From positions 2,852,001-2,916,000 of the forward strand of contig JAMWBK010000004.1 of assembly GCA_029953675.1 (NCBI GenBank): 64,000 bases of DNA, in the 5' to 3' direction. Positions 12,111 to 25,359 of the stretch are shown here, piece by piece. The first letter of the stretch is position 1. Each line of letters begins with the position of its first letter. The DNA comes from Rhodosorus marinus CCMP1338. Lineage: Eukaryota > Plantae > Rhodophyta. The translations under genes were made by a program, and so were the position numbers. Under the pieces are notes generated by a model that did no database searches, had not been told where the DNA came from, and worked only from the letters and a program-made list of their open reading frames with translations.

Positions 12111-13454
12111 TCTGGAGCAAGAATAGAACGGTTACGCGCGGTTGAGGTTACGGAAGTGAAGGCTAAAGTCAACATCTATGAGTTGGGTCCTGGGAGGGTT
12201 CGCATCTTCCGTTTACACGCGTATTCAATTGGTACCTTGTAGGTATGTCACAGCGCATTGAGAGTGTAGTGCTGCGCTACTTTTGGTAGCTGCCGAGCAA
12301 GGACTACAGGGTGGATGGGTACGGGTGGGGCATACTCCCAACATCTGCAGTCCGCATATTCCTCCGTGCTCAGCAATCGCTTACGTTATCTGGGATTTGA
12401 CCCGTGGATACTGCATGAACAAGGACCAGTTCAACTCGAAAAGTACTCTCCTGTATCCAGGCCAATCAATGCTCTCTCTCGATCCCTGCACTGCGAAGAA
12501 TTGTTATCAACGAGCTTCTCCACACACACAAGCAGAGCAACTTTAAAAAACAAATTATCAAATTCCTGGCCGAATAGCGATACTGGAACTGTATGTTTTT
12601 CTGGTCAGAAACGCAAATCAAACTGACAACTTGTCTCCGCGGTCCACGAGGAGATTTGTGGACCTCCTCAACATGCTCATCAGCCAACTCTTTCTCTTAA
12701 AAAACAGAAAAAAAAGGTGCCTTTTCCAATATGTCTTCCCGTTCATTGAGCTATCCGTTTATAACTCACAAATCAAACAAGAAAAATCTACCCCTAGAAA
12801 ACAACACAATACCATTAATTAAGCTCATAATTCACGGAAATATTTGCCTAACCCCCCAGAAAAACACCATGATATATCGGCCGAAACCGGATAAAATGCG
12901 AAACCCCTGAAGAATGTTTCAATGCACAGAGACTATTGTATCCTAGGGGGTATGATTTATCTAAATATTCGATCCGTACTATTGTTCAATCGATAAATGA
13001 CTTTAATAGAAATTAAAAGTTATTTGTACATACTAGTAAATATTGATGTCCTTCAATACCTAAGGGTTGGGATGATCTTGACATTTAGTTAATGAAGATA
13101 TCCGAAACAGATTATTTTCAATGGTAACCAGTGAAAAGTAGATTTTCTTGAATTTTGGGAGGTTGTTTGATGGATCGACTGGACGACCTCGTGGCGAGAC
13201 TAGCATGAAATGTTGAGGGAAGAGGATGGGACGCGCGATTGTCTATTGCGGCACACACTGGGAAGTGCAATTTATTTGTTGGGCAGACGGATTAGCTACG
13301 GTGTGGTTTTAATGCTATTCGGAAGCTTTTATGTCCAAAGTGAGAGTTGCAGGGACTTTGAAGAGGTTTGGATGGGGAGGTGAGGATGGGGAGGTGGGGG
13401 TGAGGTTGGTGAGAGGGGGTTGGATGGTTGATTAGTCTTTTGCGACGGGAAGAG

Positions 13455-15020
13455 ATGAGCAGCTGTTTTGTTTCTGGTGGTTGGAAACGGGGTTTGGGAG
13501 ATGGAGGAGGAAGGAAGATTTGTGATAGGGTGCTAAGAAGTCAAGGGGCTGGTGTTTCCCGGCAAGGGGTCGACGGCAAGGCCTCTGTTCTCGTAAGTTT
13601 TTCGTTTTCAGTTGGAATCTGTGTTTGTGTCGTTTCTCATACATTGTGGATTGGCTTCGCTGTGTTTGCACTAGAGTACGAGCATTGGATTACCAGGGAC
13701 ACTGACCGATAAACGGAACCAAACAAGCCGTAGGTGGGAACCCGTTTTTGAAATCTTGCCCAAGAAGGCTAGAGAAGCTGAGTACGTCGGTGACATGGAA
13801 GGTGAGAAAAGGAGTTTGAAACGTATTAAGAAGAGTGGAAAACATGCCACTCCCGTACTCACGGCTATCTTCTGGAATATCTTTGGCCATGAAAGATCCA
13901 GCGCAATTCAACGGCGATGGCTGCGGACTTAAACCCGTGCTGAAGAGTAGACCAGAGAAAGGTGGAGAACCGGAACCGTTGAATAAACTAGCAGGTAAGA
14001 GATCATTTGAAATATGGAAGTTAGGAGTGGGAAGAATACCCTCGCCTTACGCACGTCTTGCCCTATAACTAGCAACCACTGGAGGGTCAGAACTCTCCAA
14101 GGACGATTTTCTGGCGTCTCACTATGGCCTCGTGGTGTCGATCGCGAAAAAACATGGCGGAAGTGCTGTTTCATTTGAGGACTTGATCCAGCAGGGTATG
14201 GTCGGTCTCTGCAAGGCTTATGAGAGGTTTGATAGTGAAAGGGGTGTAAAGTTCAGCTCATATGCGACGCATTGGATTCGATATGAGGTGCAGTCGGCTA
14301 GAAGGAACGAGAGGTGAGTTCAGATTTAATCCAATCCAAAGCCACGATGCATTCAGCACGAGTGTTGGTAGCTTTTGATTCCGGCCATGCCTCACAATGG
14401 GTTGGCTCGCTTGTTCAGGTTGATACGCCACCCGAAGCATGTTCATGACTTTGACGATAAGATTAGGCGCGCAGTCAGGCAATCGGTTAGGAAGCGCGGA
14501 AGAATACCGAGATTGGAGGAGCTAGCGAAGGATATTGGAATTCCGAAATCGAAGGTAGGCTTGCTTATGGAACTTGCTATGGCCATTGCTGGCCCCAGCA
14601 GGCCAGCTATCGACTCTTCCGGAATCGCTGAGGTTTGCTAAACTACATTGAGATACGTAGGTGTCGGAAAAGTTGTCCCACAGAAGGAGCTGCCTGTCTC
14701 TCGCAAAAGGCAACGAGCTCGCCGACAAGAAAAGGAGTCGGGCGTGTCCGGAGAGAAGATTAATGAGGGATAGTTTGAAAGAGCACGTAGATCGGGGGCT
14801 GACAGAGGCGCTCAGCAATCGCGAGCAGCTTGTGATCAGAAAGAAATTTGCTCTTGACTGTGCGGAAGCTCCTGGGTTGGGTGACCTTGCTCGGCAGTTG
14901 AGCGTTTCGAGCAGTCGCGTAAGACAGATTGAAAAAGCTGCTCTGGATAAGATGAGAAGGCACTATCTGCAGCAAGGGGAAACGCACCTTGACTTGCTTT
15001 ATTTATCTTCGAATCTCTGA
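13455..15020 (+). CDS. Nucleus-encoded plastid RNA polymerase sigma-70 factor, spliced
   Basis: Region 2: EDLIQQGMVGLCKAYERFDSERGVKFSSYATHWIR. Region 3: GRIPRLEELAKDIGI. Region 4: LSNREQLVIRKKF...LSVSSSRVRQIEKAALDKMR. Transit-peptide-like start MSSCFVSGGW. Confidence 0.92.
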
Positions 15021-16245
15021 GTCAAGTGCACCTTCAATTCTACGACGTACTCACCGGCTTTCGCGCGTGAACGCGAAGAAGCTTTCTAACCAAGTTGTTG
15101 CTCCGGATCCTATTCGTGATTTCTGAATGAAAGGGAGGTTCCTTTCTTCGCTGTGTAACTGTAGAGTAGTTTTGTAGACCTTTTTCGGAGTTGATACATG
15201 TAATATACCTGCTTGTGTAAACCAAAACAATAGTCTTTTCCGTTGGGCTTATGATGACTGCTTTGGGGAGGGCTCTTAGCTGGACAGTAGGACCCCCTGG
15301 TGCTTGGCTGTGCAGGAGAGGTTGACCTGAAGTTTGAACGGAAGCTTGACCGCTCGGTGGAATTGAACCATGTGTCGCGCCGCCCAAATGGGCGAATGTT
15401 GAGTGAGCGAAGCTAGCGTAAGATTGTTCCAAACCTGCCCATAAGCGCATACCTGCATTCATGTTATACGTCAGCACAGGAAGATGAGGTCTAGACAGAG
15501 ACTTGAGGGGCACTGACTCGTCACGCGGACACTACTAACCGAATAGCTAAAACTTGCAAAGACTAGTACAGTTTTCCATGTCATCCCCATAGTAGATTTC
15601 TGATCAGTAGCTATTCGCCTCTATTCCAGCGCTACCGAGGATTGTGAGATTGCCCTCTATCTCGAGAAGTCCTGAGAGTGGAGAGCAAGATGCTTCTATC
15701 CCGGCGACAAATGAGAAATTGCCCGTTCGATCCAGGTTCTGAATCACACCAGTGTGCTTTTTGTTGTCAAAGTAGTGCGAGGAAGTGAACTGGGTAAACG
15801 AACGAGGACATCCAGCACCGTATACAGAAGCAGGTATTCGTGGCGGTTCAAGTCAAGAGCCTTTGTAGTAGAGACACTTACAAGCTTCGCTTCTGAAGGT
15901 CAGAATAAATGCACAGTGGAGAGCCGATCACGGCCATGCATGCGGGTCTCGCCAACCCGGAGAGATCTTAGAAGGCTAGGATGTAGATCTGGTCAGCTGT
16001 AAGTTCCTGCTTCTTCTGCGCGGGGTGGAAGTCTCTTGTAGCCTTGCCGCATTCATCCACATCGTCCTGGCGACGAGTGATAGTCGTGCTCACTCGCTGA
16101 GCGAATGAGCTGAATATGCAGTCCACGTCCTGAGTCTGGTGGGTCACTGTTTGTAAAGAAGGCTTGAAGCAGAAATGCGCTGGGAGGAGAGGATCGTCAA
16201 GGAGCTGCGGGGAAATGCGGGATGTATGACATGTGTCATTGAGAC

Positions 16246-17121
16246 ATGAAAGTTTCTGATTGGGTTCACGTGCATAGTAGAGCGAGTACAGCTCTTGAGG
16301 AAGCTGAGGAGGCTGTGAAGTTCTTGACAACCGTTGAAAGGGATGGCGCAGCTTATATGGCAAGGAAGAGGCTTGATGTCTTGGGGAAAGAGATCGATCG
16401 CCTAAGGTTGGAAGTGCTCCGTTCTTGTGAACAACACCTGTTTTGACTAGAGAGCTGATTTGTAGAATGTACCTCTTCCGACTTGTGCAGGTTGACAATT
16501 GGTGATGATGAAGCATCCCATGGCGTAAGTTTTGATCAAACTCTAGATAGGTGCTGCTGTGGTGGAATCTCAAAGGTCTTTTTGGTGCAGGAAATTCGTC
16601 AGCGGAGGGATATCATAGCTGCGTTTGAGAATAAGCAAGCTGGCTTGGATGTTCAGATGCAGAACTATACCGGGCTTACTGGCGATAGGGCGGAGCTCCT
16701 AGGAGGTCGGATACAGCATGAACGGCAGGGTTCTGGCTCGATTTCTTCTATGCTGCATGCTCAGGAGAAGGCGATGAAGGAACAAGATCAGCACATCGAG
16801 AGCATGAGTGGCGCCGCCCGGAATACTAAAATGATTGCCGCGGAAATACAACGAGAGGTAAGAAAAGGGCAGACTCTGTCAACGGCTGGTTGAATAAACC
16901 CGCTCATGGAATCGCTTTTGTCGGCAAATCAGGTAGACGAGCAAATGCACCTTCTCGATGGGCTTGAAAGCGGGCTGACCTCCGCCGGAAGGGAAATCAG
17001 AAATGCAAACGAGAACGTTAGTAGCACCCCTAGAAATCCCTACGATCTGAAAGCTTTTTGTACGCTTTTATGGCCATTGGTCCTATTGTTGCTAGTCCTC
17101 TTCTGGTTCTTGGGACACTGA
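16246..17121 (+). CDS. Qc-SNARE (syntaxin-6/8, SYP5/6-like), spliced
   Basis: N-terminal helical region, then the SNARE heptad QEKAMKEQDQHIESMSGAARNTKMIAAEIQRE|VDEQMHLLDGLESGL, then a C-terminal TM anchor LLWPLVLLLLVLFWFL. Confidence 0.8.
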
Positions 17122-17200
17122 CGCTCGTAGGCACCGGTCCTCGTTGTAGACACTGTACATGTTATCTTATTGTGCATAAAACCCAGAGCTTAACTGAACA

Positions 17201-17266
17201 GCGGCGATCTCCGAGCCTTTCACCTGGACCGCGGCGATCTCCGAGCCTTTCACCTGGACCGCGGCG
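17201..17266. repeat. 30-bp perfect tandem repeat, 2.2 copies (gcggcgatctccgagcctttcacctggacc)
   Basis: Directly visible. Confidence 0.95.
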
Positions 17267-19162
17267 GCCTGGGATTCCAGAGAGAGGATTATCCGTCCGT
17301 TTGCTAGCAATCCAAACACTACGCTTCTCTCCACACGAACACCGCTTTGTCCTAGCGTTGGTATAGTAGAGCTCTATGCATACCGCTGATACCTGCCAGT
17401 CGATGTGATCACTAGCTCGTACTGGTTCTGAGAGTTTCTGATACTTGTCTGGATAGATTCAAGAAGATGTGCTCAAGCCTGTCAGCCACATCTTCGACCT
17501 GTCCCATGCTGGTTCTGGTGAAGGAGCTTCTTCAGATTCGATCCTTGATTGTGAACTTGATGCTTGCCGCAATGAAGCGACAAGAATCAAACCTATTGCG
17601 GCGAACTACTGTGGTTTGTGGATGACGTACATTTCCCGCTCATTGGGTGAAGAGCGATTATGCCAGGGCCTAGATTGTTCCGTGGATAGTCGCAGGTTGG
17701 TTCGACAGTCACTTCTAGTCTTCATTGTCGTAGCTGCGTCGCCAGTGTGGCTCTCACAATCTGGCTGTTAGGTCTCCCGCTCCCCGGGATTGCGGACCAC
17801 GCATATCGTAGTACGCTCACGTTGGGTAGAACGATTCCACCACTAACCACAACCTACAAGCCTCTGGGAATGGCGAGATGACGCGCTCCGCACCGAGCTG
17901 GCAAGGCGGCTCCATCGATGGCACTACATCCAACAAGAACCAGTGGCCTATGTTGCCTATGTTGTTTACAACCTGCGACCAGACATCATCGCCACCCATC
18001 AGACGTTTCAGAGCTAGCAGCGGCGATTCTACTATTGAAACTTCACTAGCTAATCGAAAAGGTTTTAAAGTTGGGATTACCCTCGGCATCCCGGGGTCTC
18101 TAGGTAAGTGTAGAGGCAAAAAAAATAGGGCAAGCGACTTGTCCAGCGGATCCACACACAGAGCCGCTAGGGCCGGCTCGGCGTTCCCCTCACAAAGACC
18201 TCCTGTTGATCTCAACGCTCACGTCGCTTGGCCCAAGAACAGAGAAGCCACGCAAGAAAAGGTCCTGTAGAAACCACGTCCAGGAGTTAGCAGCAGAGGC
18301 TCCTAGGGTGTATCACATTCTCACTTACAAACCTGGAAATAATCATTTCTTCTGGAAGAGCTCACCAATCAATTCTGGGTATGCGGGGGAACTTTGTACA
18401 ACACCAGATGGAGGTTGATGAATGCAGTACGCAGATTTACAAATGGGATCAGAGTGGGAGGAGATGAATAAGAGATAGGATTTTAAGATCACGCGTTCTT
18501 GCGGTCTAGAGGATACGTGGTTAGCGAAGCCTTCAACCGGAACTTTTCTTTCTGGTCTGGTCTTCACTACTCTTTGACAACAGTTTAACTGACAGTCTTC
18601 GTCTGTTACTGGGTAACAGAAGTAACGAGTGGTGGTCAACTGAAATATTCGGCAAAAGGTAGCAGGAAGAGAACTGGTAAGCAATGCCGAAACGCAGGGT
18701 GGCCTTCAGACCGGTCTGTTGTTCTTGGGGTGGGTTTGGATGATTAAGGAGGTAAACTGGATGATCATTTAGAAGAGCAGGGCGAGGATGAGGGTTCGGC
18801 AGAGGCTGGAACATAGAGTGAGCAGGTTAACAAGATGAGTACAGGCGCTTCACACGAGGTCGAGATTTCCTGGTTCCGAAGAAAAGTTCGAGCATACAAT
18901 TGTAGGCGGACACTGTCTAGCACGTCCTGCGGGCTCGCATCGTCATTCTCTTCGTGCATTGCTGGGTCTTGCTCATTAATGACTAGCTCCATAGCCAATC
19001 TCTCTGGTCGGCCTCGATTCTGAGCTGCTTTGGCTTCATGTTCCCATCGACTCTCCATACGTCTCGTTCCAAAATCGTGAAGTCCTCGTGCTCTCAACTT
19101 TGGATCGTCATTGTCATGGCTGTTTTGGTCTTCTCCGCAAGATGACCCTTTGTCATCGAAGT

Positions 19163-19885
19163 TTAGCCATTCGAAGACCCGTTCGTCAGCGGCATCGTCT
19201 TCTCCTCGGATGCTTTAGCTACATGGAGATCAATGGAAATGCAAAAATGATAACTTCATTAGTTCTACGCTTGCCACGGACAAAAGGATAATGAAAAACG
19301 TGCCTGCAAAAAGCGTGGTCAGTCGTCGCCTGCCGGGAATCTGACTCGCTTCAACCGCCGGCCGCAAACAGTAGAACAGCTCCTGCGCAACGGGGTCTTC
19401 TATCCACGAGAATGGGAGGTTCAGCTTCGTCGTGAAACGCACTAGTGTCTCTTCGAAGCGCTCCTTCTCGACCTCAGAAAACGGCCTGTCCTAAAACGTC
19501 AAAATCGTTCCGGAGCTCTCCAGGCCCCGGCGAGACGTCGTTGTCGGCCTGAAGCTTCTGTCCAGGTGACTTGCAGGTGTTTTCCTTGTCTGCGAAAGGA
19601 AAATAATTTACAAAAAGATTTATAAGACATCAACATGGGCGCTTGAACAAGAAGAAAACTTGCGTTTACTCGGATCTCTTCATCGTCCGGTCTCCGGAGG
19701 ATATTTGTCTGTTTTGTGCAAAGGAGAAGATGGTTCCGTGCGTAGCGGGCAGTTCCTTTGACTCTTACATTGCACCATTTGCACTCGTAGAAATAGTGCC
19801 TTTGCTTTCTATTCACCCTATCCGGGGTCCTCGTGAACAGTGCCTATATTCGCACAGTCTCGGGGTCACCAAGTTTACTCGGCAT
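19163..19885 (-). pseudogene. BED-finger/hAT transposase N-terminal fragment with introns and two in-frame TAG stops
   Basis: MPSKLGDPETVRI*ALFTR...YFYECKWCNVRVKGTARYARNHLLLC (BED CxxC...HxxxC). After an 80-nt GT-AG intron: ...GTILTF*DRPFSEVEKERFEETLVRFTTKLNLPFSWIEDPVAQELFYCLRPAVEASQIPGRRRLT (hAT 'LPFS..E.P.F..L...L.P...PSR..L' motif). Stops at 19844-19846 and 19491-19493. Confidence 0.7.
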
Positions 19886-21260
19886 TTTATGGATCCCCGT
19901 TTCCCTGCCCCTTCTCAAAATACCCAAAGTTGTCACCGTAAATAGCTCCTCCCAAGCCAACCGAGATGCATATCTGGTTCTAACGACTACACGCCCAATG
20001 CTTCTTATCTGATTTCTTTCAAAGTAGTATCAGAGACCACAGAAATGGATATCTACGTGATCCCCTTCTGAACCCCCTCCCTCCCACAGACAGACCCAAG
20101 CTCGGCAAGTGCGGAGCACTGTGGAGGCGCGATGAATTGAATGCGGATTCGAACGCGGCCATCATCATATCCCAACAGTGTTGGTCTGTTCCCAGCGGAA
20201 GAGACGGGAACACATTGGGAGCAGAGCGGAACAGAGGGGAAACCTCGTTTCTGCTTTGGAAGGAATGGATCCTTTAACGGAGAACGTAAAGAAATAGGAT
20301 CTTCCGATGCGGGGGGTGGGGGGAAGCAAGACATTCATTGGAAGTGACTCCTTGGGAGGTTTCTCCTCCCATTGCTCCCAATTGCCGGGTATGATCACAC
20401 TCGACCCCCGAAGTTCCATGTGATTTTCTCCTTCCCAATGCGGGCTGCCCCTCCAAATTACTTTGCTATTCAATATCCCATTTTATATCTTGATTTAGCC
20501 TTGAGTTTAAATAATAATAAAATGAAAAGAGCGTTTAAAAAGTTCCCCTATCCCCCCAGCACTAGAATATGGAAAACAGAGACGAGCAGTCAAAACACTT
20601 CAAAGAAACTCTATGAGCGCCTTTGAAGATAGGGTTTGTCGGTACTAAGCAACGCAACGTAACTTTCTGGAGATCCTGTCCAACGTGGTAACCCCCCAAG
20701 GCTAATTCCCCTGCAATAGGATGTGTAACCATATTTACGTTTATTCTAGTCCTTTCTTAGCTTCTACGTTGTATATCTTCTAAAGTTTTACCTAGTTGTT
20801 GTATATTTATGGTATTATTTTAAGGTGTGTATATCTATTTGATTATGCTACATTACTAGGAAATAAAATGTATCTTATAATGTTTCCCGAACTTGGCATA
20901 TGATATACGATATTTATATAGTTTTTACGGTATATTCAGGGAAATATGAGTACTTGAATAAGGCAGGGCATCATCCTCCAGAATGTGGTCGAACATCACC
21001 GCTCGATTGAAACGAGCATTTTGGTTGCTCTAGAAGTCTACGATTGCATGGGTGGTCTCAAGCCCAACCTCAACCATGAAGCATCTTACCGTCTATTACC
21101 GTCCAAATTACTTCCTTTAATACGCTATGTTGAGTTTTCTAGCTACTTTTTAAAGAAAGAGGCTAAAAAAATATCAAAATGGGAAGAATTTATTCGAATT
21201 TTTGGTACGCGATACCTGGTAACACGTACGTTACGCGGTAACCAAATGGTAACAGAAATG

Positions 21261-21485
21261 GTTCCACTCATCATCGAGTGCTTTGGTTTAGTTGATTGTG
21301 TCGGCTCTCGCTGGCTTCGTGAGCTCTTTCGTCAAAGCCCAAGTCGTCTTGATAGCCTCCTCACGGAGCTGTCCTTGGCCTTATGGCGTTCCAACGCGGC
21401 TTTATTGTTCGACGCGCGTCATCAGCGTCTTGTTTCTCGCTTCTCCGGGTAGTTAGGCTCTGATAAACTGATGATGATGATGATG
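21261..21485 (+). mobile_element. 3' end of a non-LTR retrotransposon (restriction-like-endonuclease clades) with a (TGA)n tail
   Basis: VPLIIECFGLVDCVGSRWLRELF...LLTELSLALWRSNAALL matches the C-terminal 'F.P...E..G.......L..L....L.Q.LS.AL.R.NA' pattern of RLE-type elements. It is followed 16 bp after the stop by (TGA)5TG at 21469-21485. Confidence 0.5.
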
Positions 21486-21989
21486 CATGGTAAGCAGAAA
21501 ATGGTAACAACATTTCCTGTCGGTGTTACTTCCTAGTGGGCTTTTGCTGGCTTGATTGTCCCTTTCGCAATGACCCTGGACGTCTTGCTAGCCTTCTCAC
21601 TCACGGAGCTTTCGTTGACAATATTGCACTCTAGCGCTACTGTTGTTGTTGCACACACGTCATCAGGATCTCAATTTACGCTCTGCAGTGCAGCTATGTT
21701 ATGATAAGCGCATGATCCTGAGAAACCGGGTTTATCTTCAGGTGGGGTGGTCCCAAGTACTCACAGATGTCCCAGCTAGCAGAGTAGCTGAGGAGCAGAT
21801 TGTCCGTAGATGCTTAACAGCATTATTGGGATACATTTAGAGGATCACAAGCTGAAAATAAGAGGAGCTAGTTTGGTTTTGGGGTCCTGGGTCCACGTCG
21901 GGGAGCATCGACTCAGGGGCCCTAGACTTCCTCTTGAATTCTTGAGTTTCATTTTGGGGCTCATCACCCGCCCTGTGGCAGCTGCTCAA

Positions 21990-22500
21990 ACCGCTGCTCG
22001 AACTCGGCGGATGGCTGCAGGGCATCCTCTACCGGCCATGGGTTCTCCCAGCGATGGCAGCTGGATGTCATTGGCGAGCTACGTGCTGGGCACGGACGTG
22101 GGAATTTATAGATTCTGGTGGTGGTTGAGGCCCCAACGCGGGTTGGCCAGTTGTTGCGGGTTATCCACGTATGACACTGTGGAAAGTGCGGAGCGTTTCG
22201 TTTGCGAGCAACTAGTGGTGTTGTACGCAGCTCCCGCGGAGACACTTTTCGACCGAGGGTCTTATTTTCAAGGACCGGTTTTCAAGTGAGTATCTGAAGT
22301 TATTTCCTAGTCGCCGGAAAGACGGATCGGGATTTTTTGCTGCTAGACCTGTAGTAGATTGGGAACGCCGTAAGCTTGGGGACCGGTACGTAGCGTTTGT
22401 CCGGGTTATGTAGAAACCCAGTCCAGGAGCTAGTGGTGGAGGTTCCGAGGTGGCCCCAAGTGCCGACAGGTGTCCCGGCTAGAGGAGCGACGGGGGCGTG
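21990..22500 (+). mobile_element. Degenerate LTR-retrotransposon (Gypsy-like) integrase
   Basis: Joined across frameshifts and stops: WQLDVIGELRAGHGRGNL*ILVVVEAPTR ... TVESAERFVCEQLVVLYAAPAETLFDRGSYFQGPVFK ... RFRGGPK (rve core plus a GPY/F-like remnant). Confidence 0.7.
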
Positions 22501-23020
22501 AATTTACTTTGGCTATGAACTTTCAAACAACCTCAAGGATGCTTAGCAGTACTATACTAGAAGCCGTCATACGGCTAGAGGATCTTCATCCAAAGCAAAA
22601 GTATGACCTTGGGATCTAGGCTTTACCCCACGAAGAATCCGTTTAATGGAACCTAAAGTTCGGCTTGGAATTCTTGAGTTCCTTTTTTTTTAGCCTGACA
22701 TCATTATGATTGAAAGCAATCCAAATTCAATCAAAAGTACTTTCATAAAATATTCGAGCCCAAATGGAAATATTTATAATTACGAAATAAATTCACGGTA
22801 ATTGAGTGCAATTATCCTTCATACCAGCATAATTCATTGAAATTCATGAAATGCAGTGCAATCCAGGGTTTAACGACTTGCAAATAGAAATAAGGTTTAT
22901 GATTGGTTTACATAAGTGATTTAGAAGTATTAATCGAGTACTAAGTGATTTAATTGGAGAAAGATGGCTATTGTTATCCACACAAAAAGGGTCGATCTCG
23001 TTATTGAACAAAAAGCTTTC

Positions 23021-23100
23021 ATTTTTTTGTTTTTGTTTGTTTTTGTTTGTTTTTGTTTTGTTTTGTTTTGTTTTGTTTTGTTTTGTTTTGTTTTGTTTTG
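23021..23100. repeat. (GTTTT)n / T-rich microsatellite
   Basis: Directly visible, upstream of SHMT. Confidence 0.95.
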
Positions 23101-23459
23101 AGTGGCAAAGTATGTATTGGTGAGGAGTTTATGAACGGGATTGGCAACATATGGGTTTGAAGGTAAAAGGGGATGTGGCTGGTGGTAGGAGAGTTGGGGT
23201 TGGGGGTTTGGGACTGGTGGAGTACTGAGTAGGTTTGTATTAGACAAGGCGATCGAGTTTCTTTGTGGCTTTTGTAGCTTTGGAGCGGGTGAGGAGGTGA
23301 GTTTTTTGCCAAGCGTTTGTTCTGTCCCTCTTTTTTGTTGGGGGGGGGGGGGTCTGTGATTCGGGATTGGTTTATCTGTTGTATTTCTTGTTCTGAAGTT
23401 TCTTTCTGTGGGGGTTGTTCTTGAAGACGCACTGAGGTGGTCTTGGTTTTGTGAGAGAA

Positions 23460-25359
23460 ATGGCACGATCCGGAGTTTTGTCGAGAATGATCTCGACGTC
23501 TAAGCGGCTTTCCAAGGCGATGCCTGAGCCTGCGGCGACTACCAGTCCCTGGGCGTCTGAGATGTTGAATGCGCCCCTTAGGAAGATTGATCCGGAAATA
23601 TTTGATATCATCGAGAAGGAAAAGAACCGACAGTGGAGAGGAATCCAGCTGATTCCGTCCGAGAACTTTGGCTCTATTGCAGTGATGGAGGCGGTATGGC
23701 AGGGCCATGAAGTTATCCTTTGCTCGCGCTAGTCAAGCGAGAGCCCGCTTGATGAATGCACCCCTTAAGCTTGGTTCTCCATCCTTATGAGAGGTTGTAA
23801 TCGTTCTTCACAGGTTGGGTCCCCGATGACCAACAAATACTCCGAAGGATATCCCGGAGCCCGATACTATGGAGGGAACGAGTACATCGATATGGCGGAG
23901 AGCTTGTGCATTAAGAGGGCGCTGGAGGCGTACAATCTCAAGCCGGAGGAATGGGGCGTCAACGTACAGGTCCTCTCTGGCTCTCCGGCGAATATGGCCG
24001 TGTACACCGCCCTTCTCAAACCCCATGACAGAATTATGGCCCTGGATCTGCCCCACGGTGGACATCTCTCCCATGGATTCATGACCGACAAGAAGAGGGT
24101 ACGACCCAGAATCCAGTGGGAGGAGAACAGAAACGGCTTCGGGAAACGTCCTCGCGAAATCTAAAACCTTGTTTCCGTCTTTTCTTTGAGGGTAGGTCTC
24201 AGCTTCTTCCATATTCTTCGAATCAATGCCTTACCGCCTCAATGAGCAGACCGGGTATATCGACTACGACAAGTTGGAGGAGACTGCGAAGCTCTTCCGC
24301 CCCAAGCTTATCATTGCCGGGGCTAGCGCGTATTCCCGTCACTACGACTACCCAAGGATGAGGGCAATTGCCGATCAGCACGACGCTTACCTTCTCGCCG
24401 ATATGGCGCATATTTCTGGTCTTGTGGCGGCTGGTGTTGTTCCCAGTCCGTTTGAGTACGCTGATGTAGTGACTACAACGACTCATAAGGCGCTCAGAGG
24501 CCCGAGAGGAGCGATGATTTTCTTCAGGAGGGGACAAAAGGGAGTGGACGCCAAGACTGGTAAGAGACCTTTTTCTCCATCCTCCAATACGTGTCCGATG
24601 AATTCCCGGGTCTCGAAGCTTAAGTTTGGGAATGACAATTTCCACGTGTAGGTGACAAGATCATGTACAATCTCGAAAACCCAATCAACCAAGCTGTGTT
24701 CCCGGGGTTGCAGGGTGGACCCCACAACCATACCATCACCGGTCTGGCCGTGGCCCTGAAACAGGCCATGACCCCGGAATTCAAGGCTTATCAGGAGCAA
24801 GTACTTCGTAATTCTGCGCATTTGGCAGATGAGATGACGAAGCGCGGATATCAGCTAGTCAGTGGTGGAACTGAGAATCATCTCCTGCTAGTCAACGTAC
24901 GTGCAGCGGGCGTGGACGGTTCCCGAGCGGAGCGCGTGCTTGAATTGGCTTCCATTGCGCTGAACAAGAATACTGTCCCCGGGGACAAGTCTGCATTTAA
25001 TCCTGGTGGCATTAGAATTGGAACTCATGCGATGACCAGCAGAGGATTTACTGAAGATGACTTCACAAAGGTAAGGAAGAACTTGATCAGGTTGAGGGAG
25101 ACCTGAGACCTGTAGTTGGCACTCACTCATTCTTCTTGTGCCGTGCGCTTCACAGGTCGCTGAATTCCTGGACAGGGGGATCAAGGTCACAGCCACCCTT
25201 AAGGAGCGGCTGGGAGGAAAACTGAAGGAGTTCAGAGACTCAATCGGAGAGGATCCCCCACAGGAGATTGTAGATCTGAAGAACGACGTAGAAAGCTTCA
25301 CGACATCCTTCGAGCCTGTCGGTTTCGATTATGAAAAGATGGTCTACAAGACTTTGTAA
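23460..25359 (+). CDS. SHMT: Serine hydroxymethyltransferase, mitochondrial-type, spliced
   Basis: [68 protein letters not shown] (PLP lysine), [21 protein letters not shown]. Arg/Ser-rich N-terminal presequence. Confidence 0.97.

Noticed and set aside
17400-18800. Splice-like signals and several ~100-130-aa ORFs on both strands
   Set aside because: No consistent reading frame or recognisable domain could be assembled by eye, so the region is left unannotated.
23019-23708. 229-aa and 178-aa minus-strand ORFs upstream of and overlapping SHMT
   Set aside because: They arise from the GTTTT microsatellite and G/T-skewed leader (KTKQNKTKQN repeats) and are antisense to SHMT.
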